From NCBI GenBank assembly GCA_017987895.1, contig JAGNSU010000001.1, positions 48,606-112,605 on the forward strand: 64,000 nucleotides of DNA. Reading direction: 5' to 3'. Positions within the stretch are counted from its first letter, which is position 1. Every line of letters begins with the position of its first letter. This document shows positions 36,290-44,730 of the stretch, in pieces. This DNA is from Flavobacteriales bacterium (GTDB taxonomy: Bacteria > Bacteroidota > Bacteroidia > Flavobacteriales_F > PHOS-HE28). The notes below the pieces were generated by a model. It saw only the letters and a list, made by a program, of their open reading frames with translations. It made no database searches and was not told the origin of the DNA. Both the position numbers and the translations under genes were made by a program.

Positions 36290-37219
36290 ATGCAACTCAT
36301 CACCGTAGGTACCGTCGCTTTCGACCGTATCGAAACCCCCTTCGGCGTGGCCGAGAAGACCGTGGGTGGTGCCGCCACTTATATCTCCCTGGCGGCCTCC
36401 ATCTTCCTGGAAAAAATGGGTTTGGTGAGCGTGGTAGGGGATGACTTCCCCGAAAGCGTGATGCAAAAGCTTCGCGACCGCGGGGTCGACCTACAAGGCC
36501 TGGAGGTGCTCAAGGGCAAGGAGAGCTTCTTCTGGGCGGGCCGTTACCACTATGATATGAACACGCGGGATACGCTGGAGACCCGCCTGAACGTGCTGCT
36601 GGACCTAGACCCCAAGCTACCGGCCGAATACCGGAAGGCGCCCTACGTCATGCTGGGCAACCTGGATCCGGTGGTGCAGGGCAAGGTGCTGGACCAGATG
36701 AACGAGCGTCCCGCGCTCGTAGTGATGGACACCATGAATTTCTGGATGGATAGCGCCATGCCCAAGTTGCTGGAAGTGATCGAGCGTGTGGATATCCTAA
36801 CCATCAATGATGCGGAGGCTCGCCAGTTGAGCGGCGAACACAGCCTGGTGAAAGCGGCGAACAAGATCCTCGCGATGGGTCCCAAGTACCTCGTGGTGAA
36901 GAAGGGCGAGCACGGCGCTCTGCTCTTCGGTGCGGGCCGCGTGTTCTTCGCACCGGCGCTACCGCTTGAGGAGGTCGTTGATCCCACCGGTGCAGGCGAC
37001 ACGTTCGCTGGCGGCTTCATCGGCTTCCTCGCCCGCACGCAGGATCACAGCTTCGACAACCTGAAGCGCGCGATCATTGTGGGCAGTGCCCTGGCCAGTT
37101 TCTGCTGCGAGCGCTTCGGGATCGAACGCCTGCTCGAGGTGAGCCGGGAGGATATCGACGAGCGGATCCAGCAGTTCGTGGAACTGGTGGACTTCGATAT
37201 CGAGCTGGTTGAGGAATAA
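36290..37219 (+). CDS. PfkB-family carbohydrate/nucleoside kinase
   Basis: C-terminal PfkB signature DPTGAGDTFAGGFIG. 309 aa. Confidence 0.85.
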   Translation: MQLITVGTVAFDRIETPFGVAEKTVGGAATYISLAASIFLEKMGLVSVVGDDFPESVMQKLRDRGVDLQGLEVLKGKESFFWAGRYHYDMNTRDTLETRLNVLLDLDPKLPAEYRKAPYVMLGNLDPVVQGKVLDQMNERPALVVMDTMNFWMDSAMPKLLEVIERVDILTINDAEARQLSGEHSLVKAANKILAMGPKYLVVKKGEHGALLFGAGRVFFAPALPLEEVVDPTGAGDTFAGGFIGFLARTQDHSFDNLKRAIIVGSALASFCCERFGIERLLEVSREDIDERIQQFVELVDFDIELVEE

Positions 37220-37222
37220 GTC

Positions 37223-37924
37223 CTATCCCATTCTTCCCGCCACCGCGTCCCAATTCACCAGGTTCCACCAGGCGGCCACATAGTCGGCGCGCTTGTTCTG
37301 GTACTTGAGGTAGTAGGCGTGTTCCCAGACATCCAAAGCCAGAAGCGGCTTGCCATGCACCTCGCTCACGTCCATGAGCGGGTTGTCCTGGTTGGCCGAG
37401 GAGGTGATCTCCAATTTGCCATCCCGGGAAATGAGCCAGGCCCAACCGCTTCCGAAACGCTTCATGGCGGCATCTGCGAAGACCTCCTTGAATTTGTCAA
37501 AACCGCCGAACGCACCCGTCAGCGCATCGTTCACCTTGCCTGCGGGAACACCGCCCTTGCCAGGCCCCATACAACTCCAGAACAGGTCGTGGTTCCAAGC
37601 GCCGCCGACGTTGTTGCGGAGCTTGGGGCTCGCGGAACCGATCGTGCCGAAAAGCTGCTCTATAGTGGTGGACGGGTTCGCCTCCGCAGCAATGGCTTCG
37701 TTGGCGTTCTTCACATAAGCCGCGTGGTGCTTGCCGTAGTGGAGCTGCATGGTGAGCGTGTCGATGTGCGGCTCAAGCGCTTCGTAAGGGTAGGGCAGTG
37801 GCGCTTGGGAGAAGGTCAACGCTTCCGGTGTGGGCGGAAGCACGAACGCGCGAAGCGCCGAGGGGGCGAAAACGGCACCAGCGGCCGCTTGGGCACTAAG
37901 CGAGAAGAATCGTTTGCGGTCCAT
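37223..37924 (-). CDS. Fe/Mn superoxide dismutase with N-terminal export (Tat-like) signal
   Basis: The ATG at 37924 gives MDRKRFFSLSAQAAAGAVFAPSALRA followed by the SOD core LPYPYEALEPHID...HYGKHH...DVWEHAYYL. Confidence 0.85.
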   Translation of the reverse strand: MDRKRFFSLSAQAAAGAVFAPSALRAFVLPPTPEALTFSQAPLPYPYEALEPHIDTLTMQLHYGKHHAAYVKNANEAIAAEANPSTTIEQLFGTIGSASPKLRNNVGGAWNHDLFWSCMGPGKGGVPAGKVNDALTGAFGGFDKFKEVFADAAMKRFGSGWAWLISRDGKLEITSSANQDNPLMDVSEVHGKPLLALDVWEHAYYLKYQNKRADYVAAWWNLVNWDAVAGRMG

Positions 37925-37988
37925 GGGAGGGGATTGGCGGGATGAAGGTAGCGGAGTACCGACCGGCCGCAACGCAACCATCGGGCCG

Positions 37989-38510
37989 CTATCCCTTGGC
38001 GAACACCAGGAGCAATTGCCCCTTTTCCACCGCCTTGCCCTGCACCGCATGCACTTGTGCAACCACCGCATCGCCGGGCGCCTTGATCACATTCTCCATC
38101 TTCATGGCCTCCAACACCAGCACCGGATCGTTCTTTCGCACCGCGTCACCCGCCCTTACCAGCACATTGAGCACCAGGCCGGGCATGGGAGCCTTCAGCT
38201 CGGGGGACACCATGCCCGCCCGCTTATCCAGGCCGAGCGTTTGCATGAGATGCGCGCGCTCATCCTCCAATGCCACGGTGTACAGCTTGCCGCCGATACG
38301 CACCTTCACCAAGCCCTGCTCCCTGTCCTCCTTCACTACAAACGCGCGTACGGAACGGCCATCGATCAGTACGCTGAAAACCCCCTTGTCGCTCGCTTTA
38401 AGGTCGACCGGCCGATCATCCTCCGGCCGCCAGCTGCGCACTTCTTGATCGCGCACCAGGACCAGGGGCTTTTCCGCTTGGTTGATGCGTGCGTAGAGTT
38501 TGCGGGCCAT
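37989..38510 (-). CDS. biotin/lipoyl attachment domain protein (biotin carboxyl carrier-like)
   Basis: C-terminal VLEAMKMEN biotinylation motif. 173 aa. Confidence 0.8.
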   Translation of the reverse strand: MARKLYARINQAEKPLVLVRDQEVRSWRPEDDRPVDLKASDKGVFSVLIDGRSVRAFVVKEDREQGLVKVRIGGKLYTVALEDERAHLMQTLGLDKRAGMVSPELKAPMPGLVLNVLVRAGDAVRKNDPVLVLEAMKMENVIKAPGDAVVAQVHAVQGKAVEKGQLLLVFAKG

Positions 38511-38540
38511 GGCTGGCGAATGTAGCGGTCGAAGGGACGC

Positions 38541-39011
38541 TCAAGCATCGGCCCCCTCGCCGAGCTGTTCGTACACCTCGTCCGCCTCCAGGTCCTTTTG
38601 TTCACGGGCGGCTACTGCGAGGCGATCGCATAGTTCGTTCTGCGGATGGCCATTGTGCCCCCGTATCCAATGGAACTTCACTTTGTGTTGGCGATAGGCG
38701 ACCAGGAAGCGCTTCCAGAGGTCGGGGTTTTTGCGCTTGGCGAACCCCTTTTTTTCCCAATCGAACACCCAGCCCTTTTCCACGCTATCCACCACGTACT
38801 TGCTGTCGCTCACGATGGTCACGTCCATGCCGGATCTTTTCAAAGCTTCCAACGCCGCGATGGCGGCGAGCAACTCCATGCGATTGTTCGTCGTGTGCCG
38901 GAACCCGCCCCAGAGCTCGCGTCGATGGGGGCCAGCTTCGAGCACGACCCCATAACCACCCGGGCCCGGATTGCCGCTGGCGGCGCCGTCGGTATAGGCG
39001 ATCACTTTCAT
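38541..39011 (-). CDS. rnhA: ribonuclease HI
   Basis: [16 protein letters not shown]...TNNRMEL...SDSKYV...W..HNGH..NE.CD catalytic pattern. The start overlaps the marC-family stop by 4 nt. Confidence 0.9.
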   Translation of the reverse strand: MKVIAYTDGAASGNPGPGGYGVVLEAGPHRRELWGGFRHTTNNRMELLAAIAALEALKRSGMDVTIVSDSKYVVDSVEKGWVFDWEKKGFAKRKNPDLWKRFLVAYRQHKVKFHWIRGHNGHPQNELCDRLAVAAREQKDLEADEVYEQLGEGADA

Positions 39012-39619
39012 GGGGTGGTGTGCGGGAACAGCTGGGTGATGTTCGCCGCGAAGAGCTTAATACTTATGGCCAGCAGGATGATGCCGAAAGCCTTGCGCAG
39101 CACGATGAGCCCGACACGCCCCAGCAGTCGTTCGATGCGTCCCGTGAGCAGCAGTACCAGCAGCACCGGGACCATGTTCAGCAAGATGGCCACCAGAATG
39201 TTCTCCCGCTGGAACTCGGCTCGAAGCGAGAGGATGGTAGTGATCGTCCCTGCGCCGGCGATCACCGGAAAGGCAAGAGGGACGACGCTGTACACCTTGG
39301 GGTCATCACTCGGCAACCCCGGCGCGCTGTGGTCCTCCTTGAAAAGTTTGATGCCGAGTATCATTTCCAGCGCGATGAAGAACAGCACGAACGCCCCGGC
39401 CACGGCGAACGAGCGCACGTCGACCCCGACAAAGCCGAGGATGGTCTCGCCGAGATAGAGGAACACCACCATGATCCCCAGGCTGACCAACACAGCGCGC
39501 AACGGATAGACCTTGCCGGCCTTCTGCCGCACCTGAAGGATGAGTGGTATGCCCCCCACGATGTCGATCACCGCGAAAAGGATGAGGAAGGCCTTGCCGA
39601 TCTCGGTCAGGGAGAGCAT
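39008..39619 (-). CDS. MarC-family (UPF0056/NAAT) integral membrane protein
   Basis: Six hydrophobic segments and family-like FAVIDIVG / [11 protein letters not shown] motifs. The ATG at 39619 is preferred; the ORF extends to 39673. Confidence 0.8.
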   Translation of the reverse strand: MLSLTEIGKAFLILFAVIDIVGGIPLILQVRQKAGKVYPLRAVLVSLGIMVVFLYLGETILGFVGVDVRSFAVAGAFVLFFIALEMILGIKLFKEDHSAPGLPSDDPKVYSVVPLAFPVIAGAGTITTILSLRAEFQRENILVAILLNMVPVLLVLLLTGRIERLLGRVGLIVLRKAFGIILLAISIKLFAANITQLFPHTTP

Positions 39620-39650
39620 CGTGGGCAAAGGAACGCGCTGCTGGCCATTG

Positions 39651-39712
39651 GCCTCTGGCGTCTGGCCGCTCAATTACCCCCGAAGGATACTGAGCGGCCA
39701 GACGCCAGAGGC
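39651..39712 (-). repeat. perfect 22-bp inverted repeat (stem) with 18-nt loop immediately after the purN stop
   Basis: GCCTCTGGCGTCTGGCCGCTCA (39651-39672) is the exact reverse complement of 39691-39712. Confidence 0.85.
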
Positions 39713-40284
39713 TAACGGCCCATAGCCGCAACGATGGATCCTACGACCGCGGGGTAGTTCGCATGCTCCAACGCGTGGATCCGCGTGGCTAGGGAATCCG
39801 GGGTGTCTTCTGGAAGGACCGGGCATTTGACCTGGAGCAGGTGTTCTCCTTCATCATACCGCTCGTTCACATAGTGTATGGTGATGCCACTTTCTTTCTC
39901 GCCCGCCGCGATCACCGCTTCGTGCACATAGTGCCCGTACATCCCTTTGCCCCCGTATTTCGGCAAGAGGGCTGGGTGGATATTGATGATCCGCCCGGGG
40001 AATGCCTGGACCAGAGAAATGGGGATCAAGCGCAGGAACCCGGCCAACACCACCAGGTCGATCCGCTGGGCCAGCAGCTCGCGTCGCACGGACCCGCTCC
40101 GCAGTTCTGGACCGCTGAACAGGTAGGATGGTACACCAAGGTCCCAGGCGCGTTGCACCACCCCGGCCCGGGGTTGGTCGCAGCCAATAAGTACTACACG
40201 GGCCGTATCGCTTCCCTGGAAGTACTCCACCAACCTTTGGGCATTGGTACCCGAGCCAGAAGCGAGAACGGCGATGCGGATCAT
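39712..40284 (-). CDS. purN: phosphoribosylglycinamide formyltransferase
   Basis: MIRIAVLASGSGTN...LAGFLRLI...IINIHPALLP signature. The ATG at 40284 is preferred over the ORF start at 40428. Confidence 0.9.
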   Translation of the reverse strand: MIRIAVLASGSGTNAQRLVEYFQGSDTARVVLIGCDQPRAGVVQRAWDLGVPSYLFSGPELRSGSVRRELLAQRIDLVVLAGFLRLIPISLVQAFPGRIINIHPALLPKYGGKGMYGHYVHEAVIAAGEKESGITIHYVNERYDEGEHLLQVKCPVLPEDTPDSLATRIHALEHANYPAVVGSIVAAMGR

Positions 40285-40439
40285 CTTGAGCGCGAAGGTG
40301 TCGATTCGTTCATGGACCCTATCTATTGACCGGACCAAAGGACCTTGGCCCCGGGCCCCATTACTGACCTCCGTGATCCGGGGTGGTGCCGGATCGAAAA
40401 AGTGTTTCCTTTGCAGCCTCACTTTCAAAAGACACTGTC

Positions 40440-40676
40440 ATGTCGGATATCAAATCCAGGGTCATCGCGATCATTGTGGACAAGCTCGGGGTAGACCAGG
40501 GCGAGGTCAACATGGAGGCGAGCTTCACGAACGACCTTGGCGCTGACAGCCTAGATACCGTCGAGCTCATCATGGAGTTCGAGAAGGAGTTCAACATCGC
40601 CATCCCCGACGACCAGGCCGAGAAGATACAGACCGTGGGCCAGGCGGTGGATTACGTGGAGAAGAACGCCAAGTAA
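40440..40676 (+). CDS. acpP: acyl carrier protein
   Basis: 78 aa. [11 protein letters not shown] phosphopantetheine attachment motif. Confidence 0.95.
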   Translation: MSDIKSRVIAIIVDKLGVDQGEVNMEASFTNDLGADSLDTVELIMEFEKEFNIAIPDDQAEKIQTVGQAVDYVEKNAK

Positions 40677-40688
40677 GCCGCATAGCGG

Positions 40689-41939
40689 ATGCAGCTCAGA
40701 CGTGTGGTCATCACCGGTCTGGGCGCGCTCACCCCTATCGGCAACACTCTCCAAGCCTATTGGGAGGGTCTGGTGAGCGGCCGAAGCGGAGCCGTGCCCA
40801 TTTCCCGGTTCGACGCCTCCAAGTTCAAGACCCGCTTCGCCTGCGAGGTGAAGGGCTTTGACCCGGAGCAGTTCATGGACCGCAAGGAGGCCCGCAAGAT
40901 GGACCCGTACGCGCAATACGCCGTGGTGGTGGCCGATGAGGCCATCAAGGACAGCGGGCTGGACCTGGAGAAGGCGGACAAGGACCACATCGGTGTGATC
41001 TGGGGTTCGGGCATTGGGGGCCTCAAGACCTTCCAGGACGAGTGCATCGGCTTCGCCAAGGGCGATGGCACACCGCGGTTCAATCCGTTCTTCATCCCTA
41101 AGATGATCGCCGACAGCGCCTCGGGCCTCATCAGCATGCGCCATGGACTGCGCGGGCCGAGCTATGTGACCGTGAGCGCATGCGCCAGCGGCAACAATGC
41201 GCTGATCGACGCCTTTAATAACATCCGCCTTGGCCTATGCACTGCCGTGGTGACCGGAGGTAGCGAGGCCGCGATCTACGAGGCGGGGGTCGGCGGGTTC
41301 AACGCCCTGCACGCCATGAGCACGCGCAATGACGACCCCGCAACGGCCAGCCGCCCCTACGACAAGGACCGGGATGGATTTGTGCTTGGAGAAGGCGGCG
41401 CGGCCATTATTCTGGAAGACCTGGAACATGCGAAGGCGCGCGGTGCGAAGATCTACTGTGAGGTGATCGGTGGGGGAATGAGCAGCGATGCCTATCACAT
41501 CACCGCCCCGCACCCGGAAGGGGTCGGCGTGTTCCTGTGCATGAAGAACGCGTTGGCGGACGCGCACATCACCGCCAACGACGTGGACCATATCAACACG
41601 CACGGAACCAGCACCCCCATCGGCGATCCCCAGGAGCTGAAGGCGATCCAACAGCTCTTCGGCGAGCAGGCCTACCGCATGAACATCTGCTCCACCAAGA
41701 GCATGACCGGGCACTTGTTGGGTGGCGCCGGTGCGGTAGAGGCGGTGGCCACCATCCTGGCGATGAAGCATGGAACGATCCCGCCCACGATCAACCATTT
41801 CACGGACGACCCCGAGATCGATCCGCGCCTGAACCTCACCTTCAACGCCGCGCAAAAGCGTACGGTGAACGTGGCCATCAGCAACACCTTCGGGTTCGGT
41901 GGGCACAACACCTCGGTGGTGTTCCGCACCTACAGCTAG
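40689..41939 (+). CDS. fabF: beta-ketoacyl-ACP synthase II
   Basis: Active-site ACASG, HGTSTP and GHLLGGAG motifs. 416 aa. Confidence 0.95.
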   Translation: MQLRRVVITGLGALTPIGNTLQAYWEGLVSGRSGAVPISRFDASKFKTRFACEVKGFDPEQFMDRKEARKMDPYAQYAVVVADEAIKDSGLDLEKADKDHIGVIWGSGIGGLKTFQDECIGFAKGDGTPRFNPFFIPKMIADSASGLISMRHGLRGPSYVTVSACASGNNALIDAFNNIRLGLCTAVVTGGSEAAIYEAGVGGFNALHAMSTRNDDPATASRPYDKDRDGFVLGEGGAAIILEDLEHAKARGAKIYCEVIGGGMSSDAYHITAPHPEGVGVFLCMKNALADAHITANDVDHINTHGTSTPIGDPQELKAIQQLFGEQAYRMNICSTKSMTGHLLGGAGAVEAVATILAMKHGTIPPTINHFTDDPEIDPRLNLTFNAAQKRTVNVAISNTFGFGGHNTSVVFRTYS

Positions 41940-41945
41940 GCCCGC

Positions 41946-42758
41946 TTGATCCGATCCCTGCTCCTCCGCGCCCGCGCTTCGGCCGAGGATCGGCGTATCG
42001 CCGCATGGGTCAAAAAGTCCTTTGGCGTTCGCCCGTCCAATTTCACGCTCTACCGCCAGGCGCTGCGTCATAGCAGCGCGGTTCCGGATGATAGGCCCGA
42101 CCTGGCGAACAACGAGCGGCTCGAGTTCCTGGGCGACGCCGTTCTCGATGCCGTGGTAGGCAGCTTGCTGTTCGAGAAATACCCGAAGGAGGGGGAGGGT
42201 TTCCTCACGCGCATGCGGAGCAAACTCGTAAGTCGACAGCAACTGAACGAATTGGCGCATCGCGTGGGGATCGAGCACGTCATCGAGAGCAATGTGACAC
42301 GGGGCCACGAGACCAGCGTGCCCGGTAACGCGTTGGAGGCTACGTTCGGCGCGCTTTATCTGGACAAAGGATTCGATAAGGCCCGCAAGGCCATTGTGCG
42401 TTTGATCGCTTCGCAATACGACCTGCGCGCCCTGGAAAAGGAGGACCGCGACAACAAGAGCCGCCTATTGGAATGGGGGCAGAAGAACAAGAAACGCGTT
42501 GAGTTCCACCTTACCGAAGAGGGGGGACGAGGCGGCCGGGGCAAAACGTACGTGGCCGAAGTGAAGGTGGATGGCCAGGTGCAGGGCAAGGGTCGGGGCA
42601 ATAGCAAGAAGAAAGCGGAACAAGAGGCGGCGGACCAGGCCTTCGCGGAGATCCAGGAAAGGCGCTCCCAAGGCCGGGGCCGCGGTCGGGGCCGCGCGCC
42701 GCGCCGTTCCGCCGACCGGCCAACGCGCGATCACGGGGAACGGCCCGAAAGTGACTGA
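41946..42758 (+). CDS. rnc: ribonuclease III with Arg/Gly-rich C-terminal extension
   Basis: RNase III signature NERLEFLGDAVL, a dsRBD, then an RSQGRGRGRGRAPRR tail. TTG start as given in the ORF track. Confidence 0.88.
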   Translation: MIRSLLLRARASAEDRRIAAWVKKSFGVRPSNFTLYRQALRHSSAVPDDRPDLANNERLEFLGDAVLDAVVGSLLFEKYPKEGEGFLTRMRSKLVSRQQLNELAHRVGIEHVIESNVTRGHETSVPGNALEATFGALYLDKGFDKARKAIVRLIASQYDLRALEKEDRDNKSRLLEWGQKNKKRVEFHLTEEGGRGGRGKTYVAEVKVDGQVQGKGRGNSKKKAEQEAADQAFAEIQERRSQGRGRGRGRAPRRSADRPTRDHGERPESD

Positions 42759-42888
42759 GGTGGGCGGGACGGGAGCCTCCCCGGGCCCCCTCCTTCTGAG
42801 GACCGGGAATGGTATGTGGAACGAGCCTCATGCGCCCGTCGTGCGGTTCGGGCGCGGCCTACCTTTGGCACACCACCCCCACGCCGCC

Positions 42889-43302
42889 ATGGCCAAAACC
42901 ACCAAACTGCGCTTGGACCTGGAGCCCGACCCGGAGGTGAACGTCATCGGCATTAGTTGCCATGTGAACGATTACCGCCTTTGCTGGTCCCTGAACCGGA
43001 GCATCGGCATCGCGCTCAGTCGACGGGAGCGTGATATCCAGGACGAGGGCGATGCCAGCTACGCCGCGTTCGACCATGATGATGCCGAGACCGAGGCCCG
43101 CTTCACGTTGGTGAACAATCGCGGCGGGTCCGGGTTGTTGGTGAAAGAACAACGTTCGGCGGACTATTTCCTGGTCGTTGACGAGCGTGCGCCTTTCGAT
43201 ACGGACCAACTGCTCGAGCGCGTGCGCAATGCGGAGTTCGTCCTCGCCGCTTTCCCCTTGCCCTTCGACCAGCTGCGGGCCGGTCACAAACTGCTCCGAT
43301 AG
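42889..43302 (+). CDS. IPExxxVDY-family protein (Bacteroidota-specific, unknown function)
   Basis: The ATG at 42889 gives MAKTTKLRLDLEPDPEVNVIGISCHVNDYRLCWSLN, a variant of the family N-terminal motif. Conserved position between rnc and pyk. Confidence 0.7.
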   Translation: MAKTTKLRLDLEPDPEVNVIGISCHVNDYRLCWSLNRSIGIALSRRERDIQDEGDASYAAFDHDDAETEARFTLVNNRGGSGLLVKEQRSADYFLVVDERAPFDTDQLLERVRNAEFVLAAFPLPFDQLRAGHKLLR

Positions 43303-43308
43303 ATCCTG

Positions 43309-44730
43309 ATGACCGACCCCAAGACCAAGATCGTGGCCACCATTGGCCCCGCCTCCGCCTCCGCCGAGGTGCTTCGTGATCTCCTTCATGCGGGAGTGGA
43401 CGTATGCCGGCTCAACTTCAGCCATGGCAGCTATGACTTCTACGCGGAGGTGATCGGCACGATCCGCTCCCTCAGCAAGGAACTCGGGATCCACACCGCC
43501 ATCCTTGCCGACCTCCAGGGCCCCAAAATGCGTGTGGGTGAAATGGAGAACGGGGGAATCGACCTCCCCGATGACAGCGAACTTGTGATCAGTACCGACC
43601 CCGTGAAGGGACGCCCCGGCCTGGTAAGCACGACCTATACCCAGTTCCCGCAGGATGTGAAGCCCGGCGAACTGGTATTGCTGGACGATGGCAAATTGCG
43701 GCTGGAGGTGACCGCCACGGATGGCCGCAGCACCGTGACCACCCGTGTGATCAACGGAGGAAGGCTCACCGGGAACAAAGGGCTCAACCTGCCCAATACA
43801 CGCATCAGCTTGCCCTGTCTTACCAACAAGGATAAGGAGGACCTCGCCTTCGCCCTTTCACACGATGTGGATTGGGTGGGTTTGAGCTTTGTGCGCAGCG
43901 CGCGCGACATCATCGAGTTGAAGCACATCATCCGCGCACAGAACAAGCACGCCCGCGTGGTGGCCAAGATCGAAAAGCCCGAGGCGCTCAAGGAGATCGA
44001 CGACATTATCCGCGAGGCCGATGCGTTAATGGTGGCACGTGGCGATCTGGGCGTGGAGATCCCCATGGAAAAAGTGCCGCTGATCCAGAAGGACCTTATC
44101 CGCCGCTGCCTCGCCATGCACCGCCCGGTGATCGTCGCCACCCAGATGATGGAGAGCATGATCACCAGCTTCACACCCACCCGCGCCGAAGTGAACGACG
44201 TGGCCAACGCCGTGCTGGACCATGCCGATGCCGTGATGCTGAGCGCCGAAACGAGCGTCGGAAAATACCCCGTGGAGGTGGTCCGTACGATGAACCGCAT
44301 TCTCGTGGAGATGGAAACATCCGATGGCATGTTCAACGTGCCCAATCCTCCCCTGGAGGAGAACGACCGGACCATCAGCGATGCCATCAGCATCGCCGCC
44401 GTACGCATGACCGAGGCGATGCCCGTGAAGGCGATCGTGACGATGACGCACAGCGGGTACACCGCCTTCAAGATCAGCAGCATGCGGCCCCGGGCGAACA
44501 TCTATGCCTTCACCAGCAACCCCGCGATCCTGTGCATGCTGAACCTGGTGTGGGGCGTGCGCGCGCACTACTACGACAAGACGGTGAGCACCGACCACAC
44601 CATCGCCGACATCAAGCACATCCTGCGCAACAAGAAGTTCGTGCAACAGGGCGAACTGGTGATCAACATCGCCAGCATGCCCATCGCCGAGAAGGGCATG
44701 GCGAACATGCTGAAGGTGAGCCCGGCCTAA
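43309..44730 (+). CDS. pyk: pyruvate kinase
   Basis: KIVATIGPAS...NFSHG...MVARGDLGVEIP motifs. 473 aa. Confidence 0.95.
   Translation: MTDPKTKIVATIGPASASAEVLRDLLHAGVDVCRLNFSHGSYDFYAEVIGTIRSLSKELGIHTAILADLQGPKMRVGEMENGGIDLPDDSELVISTDPVKGRPGLVSTTYTQFPQDVKPGELVLLDDGKLRLEVTATDGRSTVTTRVINGGRLTGNKGLNLPNTRISLPCLTNKDKEDLAFALSHDVDWVGLSFVRSARDIIELKHIIRAQNKHARVVAKIEKPEALKEIDDIIREADALMVARGDLGVEIPMEKVPLIQKDLIRRCLAMHRPVIVATQMMESMITSFTPTRAEVNDVANAVLDHADAVMLSAETSVGKYPVEVVRTMNRILVEMETSDGMFNVPNPPLEENDRTISDAISIAAVRMTEAMPVKAIVTMTHSGYTAFKISSMRPRANIYAFTSNPAILCMLNLVWGVRAHYYDKTVSTDHTIADIKHILRNKKFVQQGELVINIASMPIAEKGMANMLKVSPA

Noticed and set aside
37989-38510. Stand-alone biotin carrier protein as a sign of a novel carboxylase cluster
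   Set aside because: No carboxylase or carboxyltransferase partner is in the window. Orphan biotin-carrier genes are common, so nothing unusual can be supported.
38489-39715. 408-aa plus-strand ORF
   Set aside because: It is antisense to rnhA and the marC-family gene, and its composition is low-complexity and Arg/Pro-rich.
42571-42888. N-terminal extension of the 243-aa ORF overlapping rnc
   Set aside because: It overlaps the RNase III C-terminus in another frame. The IPExxxVDY-family N-terminal motif begins right at the ATG at 42889.
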